Origin: Gammaproteobacteria bacterium
Lineage (GTDB): Bacteria; Pseudomonadota; Gammaproteobacteria; Steroidobacterales; JABDLF01
Assembly (NCBI GenBank): GCA_013003115.1
Contig: JABDLF010000058.1
Location: 3,716-67,715 of the forward strand
DNA: 64,000 nucleotides
Reading direction: 5' to 3'
Shown: positions 30,477 through 41,106 of the stretch, in pieces
Layout of the letters: the number at the start of each line of letters is the position of its first letter
How positions within the stretch are numbered: position 1 is the stretch's first letter
Made by a program: the position numbers and the translations under genes
Notes under the pieces: model-generated
Seen by the model: only the letters and a program-made list of their open reading frames with translations
Told to the model about the DNA's origin: nothing
The model's database searches: none

Positions 30477-31471
30477 GTGCCCGTGCTGAGGCCCACGTTG
30501 TTGCCTTCGAAAACGCGATCCGCCCTGTAGCTCGAACGTACCATCGGGCCTGCCACTACCTCGAGGAAGCCGCGCTGAAGCCCCCAGTTTCTGTAGGTAT
30601 CAAACTCGGCCGGCGTCACGTAACGGCTCACCGGCAGATGATTCAGCGTTGGCCGGAGATACTGGCCGAAGGTAACGATATCCACGCCGGCTGCCCGAAT
30701 ATCGTCCAGCGACTCCAGGATTTCATCGTTTTTTTCGCCGAGCCCGAGCATAAGACTGGTTTTCGTAAGCACATCCGGACGGTAAGCCTTGGCATGGGAC
30801 AGAACGTCGAGGGTTTGCTCATAGCTGGCGCGTGGATCCCGCACAGGATGGGTGAGACGACGAACCGTCTCAATATTCTGAGCGAAAACGTCTACGCCCG
30901 AGTCCAGCACCGCCTCGACGTCGGCCATCTTGCCCTGGAAATCCGGCGTAAGCGCCTCAACCTTCGTCTGCGGATTGACGCGTTTAACCTCTCTGACGCA
31001 GGCAGCGTAGTGGCCAGCCCCGCCGTCCTCAAGATCGTCCCGATTAACAGAAGTGAGAACGATATAGCGCAACCCCATAATCTTGACCGACTCGGCCGTG
31101 TGCCGCGGCTCCTCCGCATCCAGCAGCCCTCTCGGATTGCCCGTATCTACAGAGCAGAAGCGGCATGCGCGGGTGCATACGGCGCCCATTAGCATGATGG
31201 TCGCCGTGCCGTGACTCCAGCATTCCCCGATGTTCGGGCACTTCGCCTCTTCGCAGACGGTGGCGAGATTGTGTTTCCGCACGTTCTCGCGAACCGCTTC
31301 GTACCGGGCACCCCCTCCGATCTTCGCTCGCAGCCAGGACGGCTTTCGGCCCAACGGCACCTGTTCAGCGGCCCGAGCCACCTTGATGCCGTCCTTGATG
31401 GCTGAAAATCCCGCTTCTGTGCGAAATTTGCTGCCACTGGGCACGATGGGTATTCCTTTGAAACGACTCAT
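30473..31471 (-). CDS. lipA: Lipoyl synthase
   Basis: [24 protein letters not shown]; start at ATG 31471. Confidence 0.96.
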   Translation of the reverse strand: MSRFKGIPIVPSGSKFRTEAGFSAIKDGIKVARAAEQVPLGRKPSWLRAKIGGGARYEAVRENVRKHNLATVCEEAKCPNIGECWSHGTATIMLMGAVCTRACRFCSVDTGNPRGLLDAEEPRHTAESVKIMGLRYIVLTSVNRDDLEDGGAGHYAACVREVKRVNPQTKVEALTPDFQGKMADVEAVLDSGVDVFAQNIETVRRLTHPVRDPRASYEQTLDVLSHAKAYRPDVLTKTSLMLGLGEKNDEILESLDDIRAAGVDIVTFGQYLRPTLNHLPVSRYVTPAEFDTYRNWGLQRGFLEVVAGPMVRSSYRADRVFEGNNVGLSTGT

Positions 31472-31605
31472 TTTTTCTCTGCTATATGGTCTATGCTTGA
31501 TTGCAGCTGCCGGGGCATTTTCGCATGGGAGAGGATCGTCGCAAAAGCAGCTGTCGGCTAAAAGAAACAACCATTTCCGCCATCAGCCGATTTTGTTGCA
31601 GACAT

Positions 31606-31623
31606 TGTGAGCATTGAGTCACA
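31606..31623. promoter_or_regulatory. CRP-like box with 8-bp spacer
   Basis: TGTGA-gcattgag-TCACA with AT-rich flanks, between lipA and the PAS-GGDEF gene. Confidence 0.4.
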
Positions 31624-31838
31624 AATACTCAAATTTAGGGGATACCCTGATTATGCCATCCGCTCAATTGATGCAAAATCATGCTCGAAAGATATCCGTT
31701 CAATCGAATGCAACGGCAGGCTGCCTTTCTGGTGATGCGGCGAAGATATCCCATGACTTAAGGCAATGCGCCGGTCTGCCGATAAACTCCATGTGGAACG
31801 ACGTTCTTTAGTTCGAGTAAAATTTTTGGGAACCAAGG

Positions 31839-32894
31839 ATGAATCAACCGACCGGCACAAACCCCGACCTCTCAACCGAGCGCACCTGGCAGGCCGCCGT
31901 CCTCGACAGCCGGGATTACCTGGTGATGGCGCTCGACCCCCATGGCGTAATTCGCAGCATCAGCGCTGGCGGTCTGCTGCAGCTAGGTTACAAACTCGAG
32001 GAGCTGCGCGGCAAGATTGCCCCTGCCATTCTGTTTGAGCCGCGCGAAATTACGCGCCGGGCGCGACGGCTGAGCGAAGAGCTCGGAGAGAACATCGAAC
32101 CGGGGTTCAAGGTTTTCGTTTTCAGGGCGCAACAGGGAATTCCGGATGAGCAGGAATGGAACTGCGTACGACGGGATGGCAGCCATTTCCCGGTGCGCAT
32201 GTCCCTGCATCCGCAGCGCGATGCCGGTGGCGAAGTCAGCGGCTTTATTGCCATGGCTCGCAACGTCAGCGACCTGATCAGAGCGCGCAAAGATCTGTCC
32301 GACAGGGAAACCCAGCTCAAGGTAGCGCACGCAAGACTGGCGGCAACAACGGTAACCGACGAGCTGACCGGCATGAAAAATCGCCGCGCTTTCAACGAGC
32401 ACCTCGAACGGGAATTTCAGCGTGGTCTGCGTCATCACAGCATGCTGTCATTGATCTTTGCGAATATCGATGACATCAAAGGTTATAACGCAGAGTACGG
32501 GCATCATGCGGGCGATGAACTGATCAAGATGGTCTCTGAGCAAATTCTGAAGGACACGCGGAGCACCGATTACGTTGCACGCTTTGCTGGTGACGAATTC
32601 GCATTTGTATTGCCCCAGACGGACCGTGAGGGAGCCATGATCAAGGCGGATCGGCTGAGAGAGTCCATCGAGTCGAGCGAGTGGCCGCTGCGACCCGTGA
32701 CGGTCAGCGTGGGCGTGGCAACAATGACCGAGGAGTCTCCGGTCGTCCAGGACCTCACCAATAGCCGCACGCTGATTTCGAGGGCTCGTGATGCGCTCTT
32801 CGAGGCGAAAAGGACTGGCGCCAATCGAACCACGCACTTCAGGGAAATCACTAAGGATGGCGCGGACAAAGACGGCCAGGCCGAGCAGGCCTGA
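31839..32894 (+). CDS. Cytoplasmic PAS-GGDEF protein with degenerate active site and intact I-site
   Basis: PAS/PAC (RRDGSHFPV), TDELTG, NIDDIK instead of DIDxFK, RSTD-x5-AGDEF. Confidence 0.88.
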   Translation: MNQPTGTNPDLSTERTWQAAVLDSRDYLVMALDPHGVIRSISAGGLLQLGYKLEELRGKIAPAILFEPREITRRARRLSEELGENIEPGFKVFVFRAQQGIPDEQEWNCVRRDGSHFPVRMSLHPQRDAGGEVSGFIAMARNVSDLIRARKDLSDRETQLKVAHARLAATTVTDELTGMKNRRAFNEHLEREFQRGLRHHSMLSLIFANIDDIKGYNAEYGHHAGDELIKMVSEQILKDTRSTDYVARFAGDEFAFVLPQTDREGAMIKADRLRESIESSEWPLRPVTVSVGVATMTEESPVVQDLTNSRTLISRARDALFEAKRTGANRTTHFREITKDGADKDGQAEQA

Positions 32895-32955
32895 CCCTTC
32901 TGTTTGGTTTGCCAGCCGCCACGGGACACCGGCGACAGGAAGCGGTAACAAAAAT

Positions 32956-33026
32956 CGTGAACTGCGTCACAAACCACGGAATTAATTAGGGTTTTTGCGG
33001 ATCGCACCTGCCCGCACTGCTACAAT
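32956..33026 (+). promoter_or_regulatory. pgaA promoter: CRP-type box (9/10) and extended -10
   Basis: CGTGA-actgcg-TCACA at 32956-32971; TGcTACAAT with hexamer at 33021-33026. Confidence 0.65.
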
Positions 33027-33083
33027 AACAGCTTCAATTTATCCATCGTCGCGCGAGCGCGCGGCGACTACTGATAGCTGTGT

Positions 33084-35567
33084 ATGCAATCAAAGCTGGC
33101 AACCCTTTTCATCGCCGCGGTACTCGCCACCGCGAGCGTTGACGCAGCCGAATCCGGCGCATCCGATACACCGCTGCAACTCGATCTCAGCAACAGCCTG
33201 CGTGTGGGTGCTTACGTGCTCGATCTTTCCAGCGAGCAGCGCAGACACAATGCGGTGGCCATGGCGCGTTCCAACCAACTCGAGCCCGCGGCGCGGGTAC
33301 TCGAAGCACTGCACAGACGCGTGCCGGCAGACCGACAGGTGCTGTTCGACCTGTTGAGCGTGCTTAGCTGGCAAGGTGACCATGGACGCGTGGTGGCTCT
33401 TGCAGACGGCCTTAAGTCGCATGATCCGCCGGTCTACGTGCTTGAGGCCGTGGCGGGGTCGGCTCGCAGAAGTGCCAATTTTCAGGCCGCCATAGGCTGG
33501 TATGAAATTGCCCTCAAGAAAGAACCGGCTAACGCAGCGCTCAATGCAGGAATCATACTCAGCCACGCGGACGCTGGCGAAGCGAGCAAAGCACGCGCCC
33601 TGTTTGACGCTTCGCCCCCGGCTTTCAAGCGCTCCCTGGACGGCATGCTACTGGATGCCTACCTGCTCACAGCGGCGGGCCATCATCTGCAGGCCTTGTC
33701 GGCTTATGACCGGATTCTGCTTCGCAACGCCGACAACCCGGAGGCACAGCGCGGCAAATTTCGTGCGCTGTGGTCGCTCCTGCTGGTTGACCAGGCTCTG
33801 GAATTCGCTGCTGGTCATCCGGGCGTCGCCGAGCGCGAAGACATCCACGGGCTTTACGTCGACAGGGCCGCACTTTGGGTTCGGTGGGGCACGGAACCCA
33901 TCCAGCGCGGAAGCCACCGGTTCGCCGATCTCGACCGCGCGCTTGATCTGTTACAACAAAACCGGAGCCGATTCCCCGCCAACACCGAGCTGGGGAAAAC
34001 AACCCGCTTTGACCTCATTGCTGCTTTGCATGCACGCGGCCGTCACGACGAGGTTGCGGAAAGCTACGATGATCTCGACCTCGCAGACAATGCGTTCCCT
34101 GCCTACGCGCTGCGTGCGGTGGCCGGCTCGCAGCTCGCCCGGCGCGAGCCTGAGGAAGCGCTGCGACTGTATGACATGGCTCTCGACAAGCAGCCCGCAG
34201 ACTTCGACTTGAAACTCGATCGCTTTTTCGCGCTGGTTGAGCTGGATCGTCACGCGCAAGCTCGTGAACTTGCCGAAGACCTGGTTTTCTCACAGGACAT
34301 ATGGCTTACCGTTCCCGGCTCAAGAGTCGTAAAACCCAACCCCCGAAGGCTCAAAGCAGAAATCACACGCGCGCTGTCACATGCATACGCCGATGATCTT
34401 GCCACTGCCCAGTCCTTGTTTCAGGACATGCTTGCCGAGGCACCGCACAACACTGACGTTCGCCAGGAACTGGGCAACGTCTATCGCTGGCGAGGCTGGC
34501 CACGACGCGCGCTCTCGGAATACCGGCAGGTCTACACCGTCGAAGACGATCTGCTGAGTGCTCGTGTCGGCCTCGCAAATTCGCTGCTGGATCTCAACAT
34601 GGGCCGGGAGTTCGAACCCCTGTTTGCCGAGCTCAGGAACGAAGCACCGGACAACGCCGGCGTAAAGCGTCTCATTCGTCGCCATGACGTCTATCGCCGC
34701 AACCAGGTTTCCGTGGATGCCGGCGGCGGCACCAGCAGCGGAGAGCAGTTTGGCAGTCGCCAGCACCTGGCCGAGGCACGGCTGACTCTCGGCGGCTTCG
34801 GATATAACTGGCGACCATTCCTTAATTTGCATGACTCGCGAGCAGAGTTCACCGAAGGCACCGCGCGTAGAAAAAGCGCCGGGCTCGGCATCCAGTTTCG
34901 CCTTCCTGGTCACACGCTGGAAGCGGCGGCAAGCAGCAGCCTGGACGGCGAGTCGCGAACCGGCTTTGCCTTCTCGTATGGCTGGGACATCGACGACCGC
35001 TGGCGTCTCGACGGCCTGTTTGAAACCGAGTCTCATGCCCTGCCTCTGCGGGCCTATCGGAACGGCATAGACGCTGATCGACTGAGGCTGGCCGGGAGTT
35101 TCAGATATAGCGAGCTTCGTCAGGTTCGGGCGGCGCTCGAAGCGATGGACTTTTCCGACGGCAATGTGCGCAAGGCCCTTTTGCTTGAGGCGCGCCAGCG
35201 ACTGGTCAACGCCCCTCGCGTCAAATTCGATCTTGCCGCCGAATTCTTCACATCGCGAAACGACCTCACGGACGCCGCCTACTTCAGCCCCTCATCTGAC
35301 CGCGCCTTCAATCTTGGCGGCGACCTGCGCTGGCGAATGTTTCGTCGCTACGAAAGAAACTTCGACCAGCAGATTATTCTTAACGCAGGCCGCTACAGCC
35401 AAAGCGGCTTCGCCGCCGGCAATGTCGGCAGCATCGAGCTTCGCCAGGTAGTTCAATTGTCACACGCGCTCGAGTTTTTCTTTGGCGTGCGACGTGCGCG
35501 CGCCCTGTACGACGGTGGACTCGAATATGGCACCTTTTACCAGGGCGGAATCAGGGGGCGATTCTGA
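33084..35567 (+). CDS. pgaA: PNAG export porin PgaA (TPR plus beta-barrel)
   Basis: Signal peptide, TPR-like region, RGWPRRA, YFSP, C-terminal Phe; first gene of the pga operon. Confidence 0.92.
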   Translation: MQSKLATLFIAAVLATASVDAAESGASDTPLQLDLSNSLRVGAYVLDLSSEQRRHNAVAMARSNQLEPAARVLEALHRRVPADRQVLFDLLSVLSWQGDHGRVVALADGLKSHDPPVYVLEAVAGSARRSANFQAAIGWYEIALKKEPANAALNAGIILSHADAGEASKARALFDASPPAFKRSLDGMLLDAYLLTAAGHHLQALSAYDRILLRNADNPEAQRGKFRALWSLLLVDQALEFAAGHPGVAEREDIHGLYVDRAALWVRWGTEPIQRGSHRFADLDRALDLLQQNRSRFPANTELGKTTRFDLIAALHARGRHDEVAESYDDLDLADNAFPAYALRAVAGSQLARREPEEALRLYDMALDKQPADFDLKLDRFFALVELDRHAQARELAEDLVFSQDIWLTVPGSRVVKPNPRRLKAEITRALSHAYADDLATAQSLFQDMLAEAPHNTDVRQELGNVYRWRGWPRRALSEYRQVYTVEDDLLSARVGLANSLLDLNMGREFEPLFAELRNEAPDNAGVKRLIRRHDVYRRNQVSVDAGGGTSSGEQFGSRQHLAEARLTLGGFGYNWRPFLNLHDSRAEFTEGTARRKSAGLGIQFRLPGHTLEAAASSSLDGESRTGFAFSYGWDIDDRWRLDGLFETESHALPLRAYRNGIDADRLRLAGSFRYSELRQVRAALEAMDFSDGNVRKALLLEARQRLVNAPRVKFDLAAEFFTSRNDLTDAAYFSPSSDRAFNLGGDLRWRMFRRYERNFDQQIILNAGRYSQSGFAAGNVGSIELRQVVQLSHALEFFFGVRRARALYDGGLEYGTFYQGGIRGRF

Positions 35568-37507
35568 TGTCGCGCGCAATCAAACTTCTGGTTTTGCTGT
35601 TGGCCCTCGTCACCATAAGCCCGGCGCAGGCGGCCACGGAATTTATCGCCGTGTCCTACCATGACGTGCGAGACGATGTGGTCGCGGATTACGACCCGGA
35701 TCAGTACGCGGTTGCAACCGAAAATCTTGCCGCGCATTTTCGCTGGCTAAACGATCATGGCTACAAGCCAGTCAGCATCGCGGCCATTCTTGCGGCGCGA
35801 GCAGGCGGCACGCCGCTCCCCGAGAAAGCCGTTCTACTCACATTTGATGACGGTTATCGCAGCCACTACACCAGGGTCTTTCCGCTTCTCAAGGCTTTCA
35901 ATTACCCGGCGGTTTTCAGCCTGGTGACAAACTGGATGTCGCAGCCAGCCGGTGCGCGTATTCAGTATGGCAATGAGCCAAAGACACGCGAGGATTTTCT
36001 CAGCTGGGAACAGGTGCGCGAAATGCAGTCCTCAGGACTCGCCGAATTCGCATCCCACAGCCACGACCTGCACAAAGGAGTGCATGCCAACCCCCAGGGC
36101 AACGAGCTGCCGGCCGCCGTCGCTCGCCGATTCTCGGACGGCCAATACGAAGACAATCAGGCCTATCTGCGCCGGCTGCGGGAAGATCTGGGCAATAGCA
36201 TCAGGATTCTCGAGCGCGAGCTGGGTTTCAGACCACAGGTCATGACCTGGCCCTACGGAAAGTTTTCTGTCGACAGCGTTGGCGTTGCCCGCGAGCTCGG
36301 TCTGGACATAAACCTCACCCTCGAAACTGGCCGCGGCAATTTGCAGGAGTTAGCCCTGATCCCGCGCCATCTGATCCTGGCCAACCCAACGGCGGCAAAC
36401 CTCGCAGCGTCTCTCCTGCTTCCGGAAAGGCCGTCGATAGTGCGCGCCGCGCACGTCGATCTTGACTATCTGTATGATCCGGATCCTGCACAGCAGGAGG
36501 TCAATCTCAGCCTGCTGCTGAATCGCATACGTGCGCTCGAAATCAGCCACGTGTTCCTGCAGGCCTTTGCTGACCCGGACGCCAACGGGGCCGCTGCTTC
36601 GGTGTATTTTCCGAATCGGCACATGCCGGTGCGCGCTGACCTTTTCAGTCGCGTTGCATGGCAACTCAAAACCCGTGCCGACGTGCTGGTCTATGCCTGG
36701 ATGCCCATCCTGGCCTTTGAATTGCCTGACCCTGGCCAGGATCGATATGTGCTCGAATCAACCCACGCCGGCGTGCGCGCGGATCCCAAAAGTGAGCCAC
36801 GGCTGAGTCCGTTTGACGCCGACAACCGGAAACTCGTTCTTGATCTCTACGAAGATCTCGCTATCCATGCCGATTTCGACGGCATTCTTTTCCATGACGA
36901 CGGGCGGCTCAACGAATTCGAGGATGCCAGCGCACCAGGCCAGCGCGAACTGCAGGCGCTGTTTGGCAATAGCTACTCCTTCAGACAGCTGCGGGAGGAT
37001 CCCGACGCGCTCAGGCAATGGTCCCGGCACAAGCAGCAAGCTCTCACGGAATTCACCGGCAAACTCGCCAACCATGTTCGTCGCTGGCACCCTGAGATAA
37101 AGACCGCACGCAACCTGTTTGCCGACACGGTGCTTAAACCTGAAAGCGAATCATGGCTGGCGCAATCTATCGCCACAGCCATTGAAACTTACGATTACGT
37201 CGCGCTCATGGCCATGCCGTACCTGGAGAATCGCGATGATGCGGAAGCGTTTCTGCGGACCCTCGCAGTGAAGGTTACCGAATTGCCGCGCGGACCGCAG
37301 AAAGTCATTTTCGAGTTTCAAACCGTTGACTGGCGAAATGGCCACGAGATCCATGCCACTGAAATTGCCAGGCACATGCGCCGCCTCCAGAGCCTCGGTA
37401 TCAGGCACTTCGCCTGGTATCCCGACGATTTCATAGCCGGCAAGCCAGCCCTCGAGCCTTTGCGCGAGGGCGCCTCCCTGGCCGATTACACGCACCGGAG
37501 GCGCTGA
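35567..37507 (+). CDS. pgaB: PNAG N-deacetylase/hydrolase PgaB
   Basis: YHDV, LTFDDG, HSHDLH, WPYG, HVDLDY, DGILFHDD, MAMPY, YPDDF. Confidence 0.96.
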   Translation: MSRAIKLLVLLLALVTISPAQAATEFIAVSYHDVRDDVVADYDPDQYAVATENLAAHFRWLNDHGYKPVSIAAILAARAGGTPLPEKAVLLTFDDGYRSHYTRVFPLLKAFNYPAVFSLVTNWMSQPAGARIQYGNEPKTREDFLSWEQVREMQSSGLAEFASHSHDLHKGVHANPQGNELPAAVARRFSDGQYEDNQAYLRRLREDLGNSIRILERELGFRPQVMTWPYGKFSVDSVGVARELGLDINLTLETGRGNLQELALIPRHLILANPTAANLAASLLLPERPSIVRAAHVDLDYLYDPDPAQQEVNLSLLLNRIRALEISHVFLQAFADPDANGAAASVYFPNRHMPVRADLFSRVAWQLKTRADVLVYAWMPILAFELPDPGQDRYVLESTHAGVRADPKSEPRLSPFDADNRKLVLDLYEDLAIHADFDGILFHDDGRLNEFEDASAPGQRELQALFGNSYSFRQLREDPDALRQWSRHKQQALTEFTGKLANHVRRWHPEIKTARNLFADTVLKPESESWLAQSIATAIETYDYVALMAMPYLENRDDAEAFLRTLAVKVTELPRGPQKVIFEFQTVDWRNGHEIHATEIARHMRRLQSLGIRHFAWYPDDFIAGKPALEPLREGASLADYTHRRR

Positions 37508-37509
37508 GT

Positions 37510-38772
37510 ATGGACTTCGGCCACACATCAGCGATCTTCGACTTTGCCTACTACTATCCGCTATTCATGGGCTACCTGTGGATCATCGCCGCGCTTGTCT
37601 ATTACTTTCACTGGGAAAGAAAAGACCGCTTTAGCTATGAGCAGATGCCCAGGCTGAAGGATCAGCCACCCGTTTCTTTCATAGTGCCCTGTCACAATGA
37701 AGGCGATAATTGTCGCGAAACCATCGACTCGCTTCTGCGGCAGAACTACCCTGAGTTCGAGATCATCGCGATCAACGACTGCAGCAGCGACGATACGGGA
37801 GCCGTCCTCGACGACATTCAGCAAAACTGCGAAAACGTGCGTGTAATTCACTTTGCGGCAAATCAGGGCAAAGGAATGGGGCTGCGCATGGGCGCCCTGA
37901 CGGCGCGTCATGAGTTTCTTGTCTGTCTCGATGGCGACGCGCTGCTGCACCCCAACGCAACGCTGTGGCTAATGCGGCACTTCGTCAGCGGACCGCGCGT
38001 CGGTGCGGTAACCGGCAACCCGCGGGTACGCAATCGCACCACGCTGCTTGGCAAAATCCAGGTCTGCGAATTTTCATCCATCATCGGCCTGATAAAACGC
38101 GCACAGAGAATCTACGGGCGCGTGTTTACTGTCTCTGGCGTTGTCAGCGCCTTTCGAAAAACGGCGCTGCATCACGTGGGTTACTGGAACCTCGACATGG
38201 TAACGGAGGACATTGATGTCAGCTGGCGGCTACAGCTGAATCACTGGGATATTCGCTACGAGCCGCGTGCCGTGTGCTGGATCCTGATGCCCGAAAAGCT
38301 CATTGGTCTCTGGCGCCAGAGACTACGCTGGTCACAGGGTGGACTGGAAGTCCTGCGTCGCTATTGGCGATTGCTTTTTAAATGGCGCTCGCGACGCATG
38401 TGGCTCGTCAGCTTCGAACTGATGTTGTCCACATTCTGGGCCCACGTGATGGGCGCGATACTCCTGCTTTGGATTGCCGGTAAATTTCTGCCTCTGCCTG
38501 AAACCATGCAGGTGCCCACGGTTATTCCAGGCTGGGCCGGCGTCATCCTCGGATTTACCTGCCTGCTGCAGTTCGCTGTCAGCCTCACCATGGACGGTCG
38601 CTACGAACCCCGGCTCGGGCGCTTCTACTACTGGATGATCTGGTACCCGATGATCTACTGGGTGATTCAGGCAGCAACGACAATCGTGGCATTCCCTCGC
38701 GCTATGTTCAGGCTGCGCGGCCGTCGGGCCATCTGGACAAGCCCGGATCGCGGACTGAGGCCACCATCATGA
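37510..38772 (+). CDS. pgaC: PNAG synthase PgaC (GT2)
   Basis: PCHNE, DCSSD, LDGD, TEDID, QRLRW, WTSPDRG. Confidence 0.96.
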   Translation: MDFGHTSAIFDFAYYYPLFMGYLWIIAALVYYFHWERKDRFSYEQMPRLKDQPPVSFIVPCHNEGDNCRETIDSLLRQNYPEFEIIAINDCSSDDTGAVLDDIQQNCENVRVIHFAANQGKGMGLRMGALTARHEFLVCLDGDALLHPNATLWLMRHFVSGPRVGAVTGNPRVRNRTTLLGKIQVCEFSSIIGLIKRAQRIYGRVFTVSGVVSAFRKTALHHVGYWNLDMVTEDIDVSWRLQLNHWDIRYEPRAVCWILMPEKLIGLWRQRLRWSQGGLEVLRRYWRLLFKWRSRRMWLVSFELMLSTFWAHVMGAILLLWIAGKFLPLPETMQVPTVIPGWAGVILGFTCLLQFAVSLTMDGRYEPRLGRFYYWMIWYPMIYWVIQAATTIVAFPRAMFRLRGRRAIWTSPDRGLRPPS

Positions 38773-39224
38773 GCAATCGCCGCGAATCCGAGATTTTCAT
38801 CAATGCGCCGGGACTCAGGCATCGGCACCGCCGCGCCGGCGACCAGCTGCTGACGCTGATCATGTGGGCGATTTACGCCTACCTCTGGCTGCCGGTCATC
38901 AGCCTGATCGCGTGGTTCGTCGGCATTGATCTTTTTTACCAAGAGATGGTGGTCGACGGCGGCTTTGATGCGTTTATCGAACTGTCGGGGTGGTACCTTG
39001 CGGCAATTGTTCTGATTGTCCTGGCGGTTGGCGGCTGGTCTACGAGCAACTACTTTCGTTTCCATGACAAGAATCGGCGCCGGAAGCAGCCCGAAGTCAG
39101 TGACGCTGATATTGCCGAGTGGTTCCAGGTTGACAAGCAAAAGCTTGACCGGCTGCGCGCAGCCGAGCATATCTTGCTGGTTCTTGACGAAAAAGGCCTG
39201 ATAGACCAGAGCAGCGATATCTGA
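38769..39224 (+). CDS. pgaD: PNAG biosynthesis protein PgaD
   Basis: Two TM helices, W...N..RF...RR, ATGA overlap with pgaC. Confidence 0.88.
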   Translation: MSNRRESEIFINAPGLRHRHRRAGDQLLTLIMWAIYAYLWLPVISLIAWFVGIDLFYQEMVVDGGFDAFIELSGWYLAAIVLIVLAVGGWSTSNYFRFHDKNRRRKQPEVSDADIAEWFQVDKQKLDRLRAAEHILLVLDEKGLIDQSSDI

Positions 39225-39232
39225 GCTTCGCC

Positions 39233-40771
39233 CTAGCCGTCGGCGGTGCCCAGATAGACGGTTTTGAAACGCGCCACTGCAGCCAGCGCGCCGGCCACGA
39301 ATAAGGTTGTGACCACGATCGTAAAACGCAGCTGCGCATCAACCGGCCCCAGCTCGTCAGTCGCGTAAAGGGCAATGACCACGGCAATTACGGCCCAGAC
39401 GAAAAATCTCGCAAGCGCGCCCAGAAACATGCGCGACTTTGGTTCTTCATCCGAGACCTGGGCGTCCATCTGGTAGGCAACGAAGCCTGCCATCAGTGCC
39501 GGCAATATACCCCATCGCATTGAATCCGCGAACGCTGAAAAAAACGTAAATGCTTCCGGTTCCCGGGACAAGCCGAGGATCAGGGCTGACACCGAAGTAC
39601 TGACCAGAAACCCGGCAACAATTGCCAGTGTGTAAAACCCGTAATAGCGCTGCTCGGCAGGGCTTATGAAACGATCGGCGGCAACGCGCCCGGCGAACAC
39701 AATCAGAATCGGCACGATGTAAATAGCAACGGCATAGAGAACCCAGCGGAAGGTATCGAAACTGAAATGCCGCAAGGTCTGGTCCGGAAAAATCACGTTG
39801 TGAAACAGCACCGCGACTTCGCGGCCAATCAGAACGCCCCCGACTACCGCGGCAGTAAATGTAAGGAAATACTTGTAGGTATGCTTAAGGCGTGCCCGGC
39901 GCACTCGCCCGCCAAGTCGGTTTACCGTCCGCCACAGCTCTTCTTCGCTGGCGCTCCCGAAAACCACAATGCACGCCAGCAGTCGAGCCAGCAGACCACC
40001 GAGTTTGTCGAGATCTGCGATCAGCCGCACGGTCTTCGTGTAGTGAGGGGCCCCATTGCGCCACGAAGCTACGCGCTCTGAGCTGGCCTGGAAGCTCAGA
40101 CAGATATCACCCCATTTCAAGGAAGGCTCGGTGAAAAACCGCTGAAACGAAGAATCATCCGCGTAGGACCGGATCTTATCGAACAGCACACAGCTGTATG
40201 CCCAGCGGTATTCGACGGTATCGCTCGCCTTGTCAAAGTCGCCATCATCAATGCTTGGCACCCAGAGCCGCCCGACAATATCGCTTTTGATTCCGGCGTC
40301 GATATCTGCCAGCCGGCTGTTCCTGAGGACCTGGTAAACCTCTTGCACCTGCCTTGGCTGAGCGAACAAGTCATAAAGGGCGTCTCGCAGTAACAGCAGA
40401 GGATTAAACCTGCTTTCCAGTCGCAGGAGCAGCAGATAAATCCCACCGAATATCAGCGGCAGGACCGTGCGTCCTTCGAGTCTCGCAAAAAACCCGGCCA
40501 GATCGCCGTCGGCGACGCTGGTCATCAGCAGCGAAATCAGGGGCTGCACCGGCACCCACTGCCACACCAGCAGCAGAAATAAGCCGCCAGCCAGGAGACA
40601 GTAGAGTCCTATGCCAACCCAGTATCTTGCGCGAGAAGTAATATAGCGCGGCAGGGTGGGCTCATCGCCAAGCTGCACCTTGCGCCGCTGGCAGGAGCGA
40701 AAAGCCAGCAAAACGGCGAGTACTGTTGCGAGGCCGGTGACGCCGAAAGTAACGGTATCTGGGGTAAGCAT
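39233..40771 (-). CDS. Hypothetical polytopic membrane protein
   Basis: About 512 aa; roughly 3 N-terminal TM, a soluble middle domain and about 7 C-terminal TM. Confidence 0.8.
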   Translation of the reverse strand: MLTPDTVTFGVTGLATVLAVLLAFRSCQRRKVQLGDEPTLPRYITSRARYWVGIGLYCLLAGGLFLLLVWQWVPVQPLISLLMTSVADGDLAGFFARLEGRTVLPLIFGGIYLLLLRLESRFNPLLLLRDALYDLFAQPRQVQEVYQVLRNSRLADIDAGIKSDIVGRLWVPSIDDGDFDKASDTVEYRWAYSCVLFDKIRSYADDSSFQRFFTEPSLKWGDICLSFQASSERVASWRNGAPHYTKTVRLIADLDKLGGLLARLLACIVVFGSASEEELWRTVNRLGGRVRRARLKHTYKYFLTFTAAVVGGVLIGREVAVLFHNVIFPDQTLRHFSFDTFRWVLYAVAIYIVPILIVFAGRVAADRFISPAEQRYYGFYTLAIVAGFLVSTSVSALILGLSREPEAFTFFSAFADSMRWGILPALMAGFVAYQMDAQVSDEEPKSRMFLGALARFFVWAVIAVVIALYATDELGPVDAQLRFTIVVTTLFVAGALAAVARFKTVYLGTADG

Positions 40772-40948
40772 GGAACCTCTGGCTGGCCGTGATTCGCGGC
40801 GACGACTGCAGGAGCGCAGGCCGCCCTCGTGGCAACATTTTACACAAGCAGACAAAGCCTCTGTCTGAGGGGATTCGAATCAGCACATGCCCGGCCTGGC
40901 GGGTCAGGTCAGGCGGTGGCTTCGAGGCCTCTTTTTTCCGACCTGTCC

Positions 40949-40977
40949 TTGACAAAGGCCTCTAAAACCCTTACTTT
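40949..40977 (+). promoter_or_regulatory. Sigma70 promoter of the OmpA/OprF-like gene
   Basis: TTGACA-N17-TACTTT. Confidence 0.65.
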
Positions 40978-41106
40978 TCGCCGGCTAACGATTGTTGCGG
41001 CGCAAAAGGTGAGGGAATTGCCTCGAACTGCGCGGCGGCAAGCGAGCCGGAGTTCGCGGCTTTAAAGCCTGATTTCGATTTTTTTATTATTACGGGAACT
41101 GAGGAC

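Noticed and set aside
31668-31682. FNR-like TTGAT...ATCAT
   Set aside because: Spacer is 5 bp rather than 4 and the second half-site is imperfect
40866-40885. tRNA T-loop-like TTCGAATCC on the minus strand
   Set aside because: No T-stem, anticodon arm or acceptor stem can be built around it
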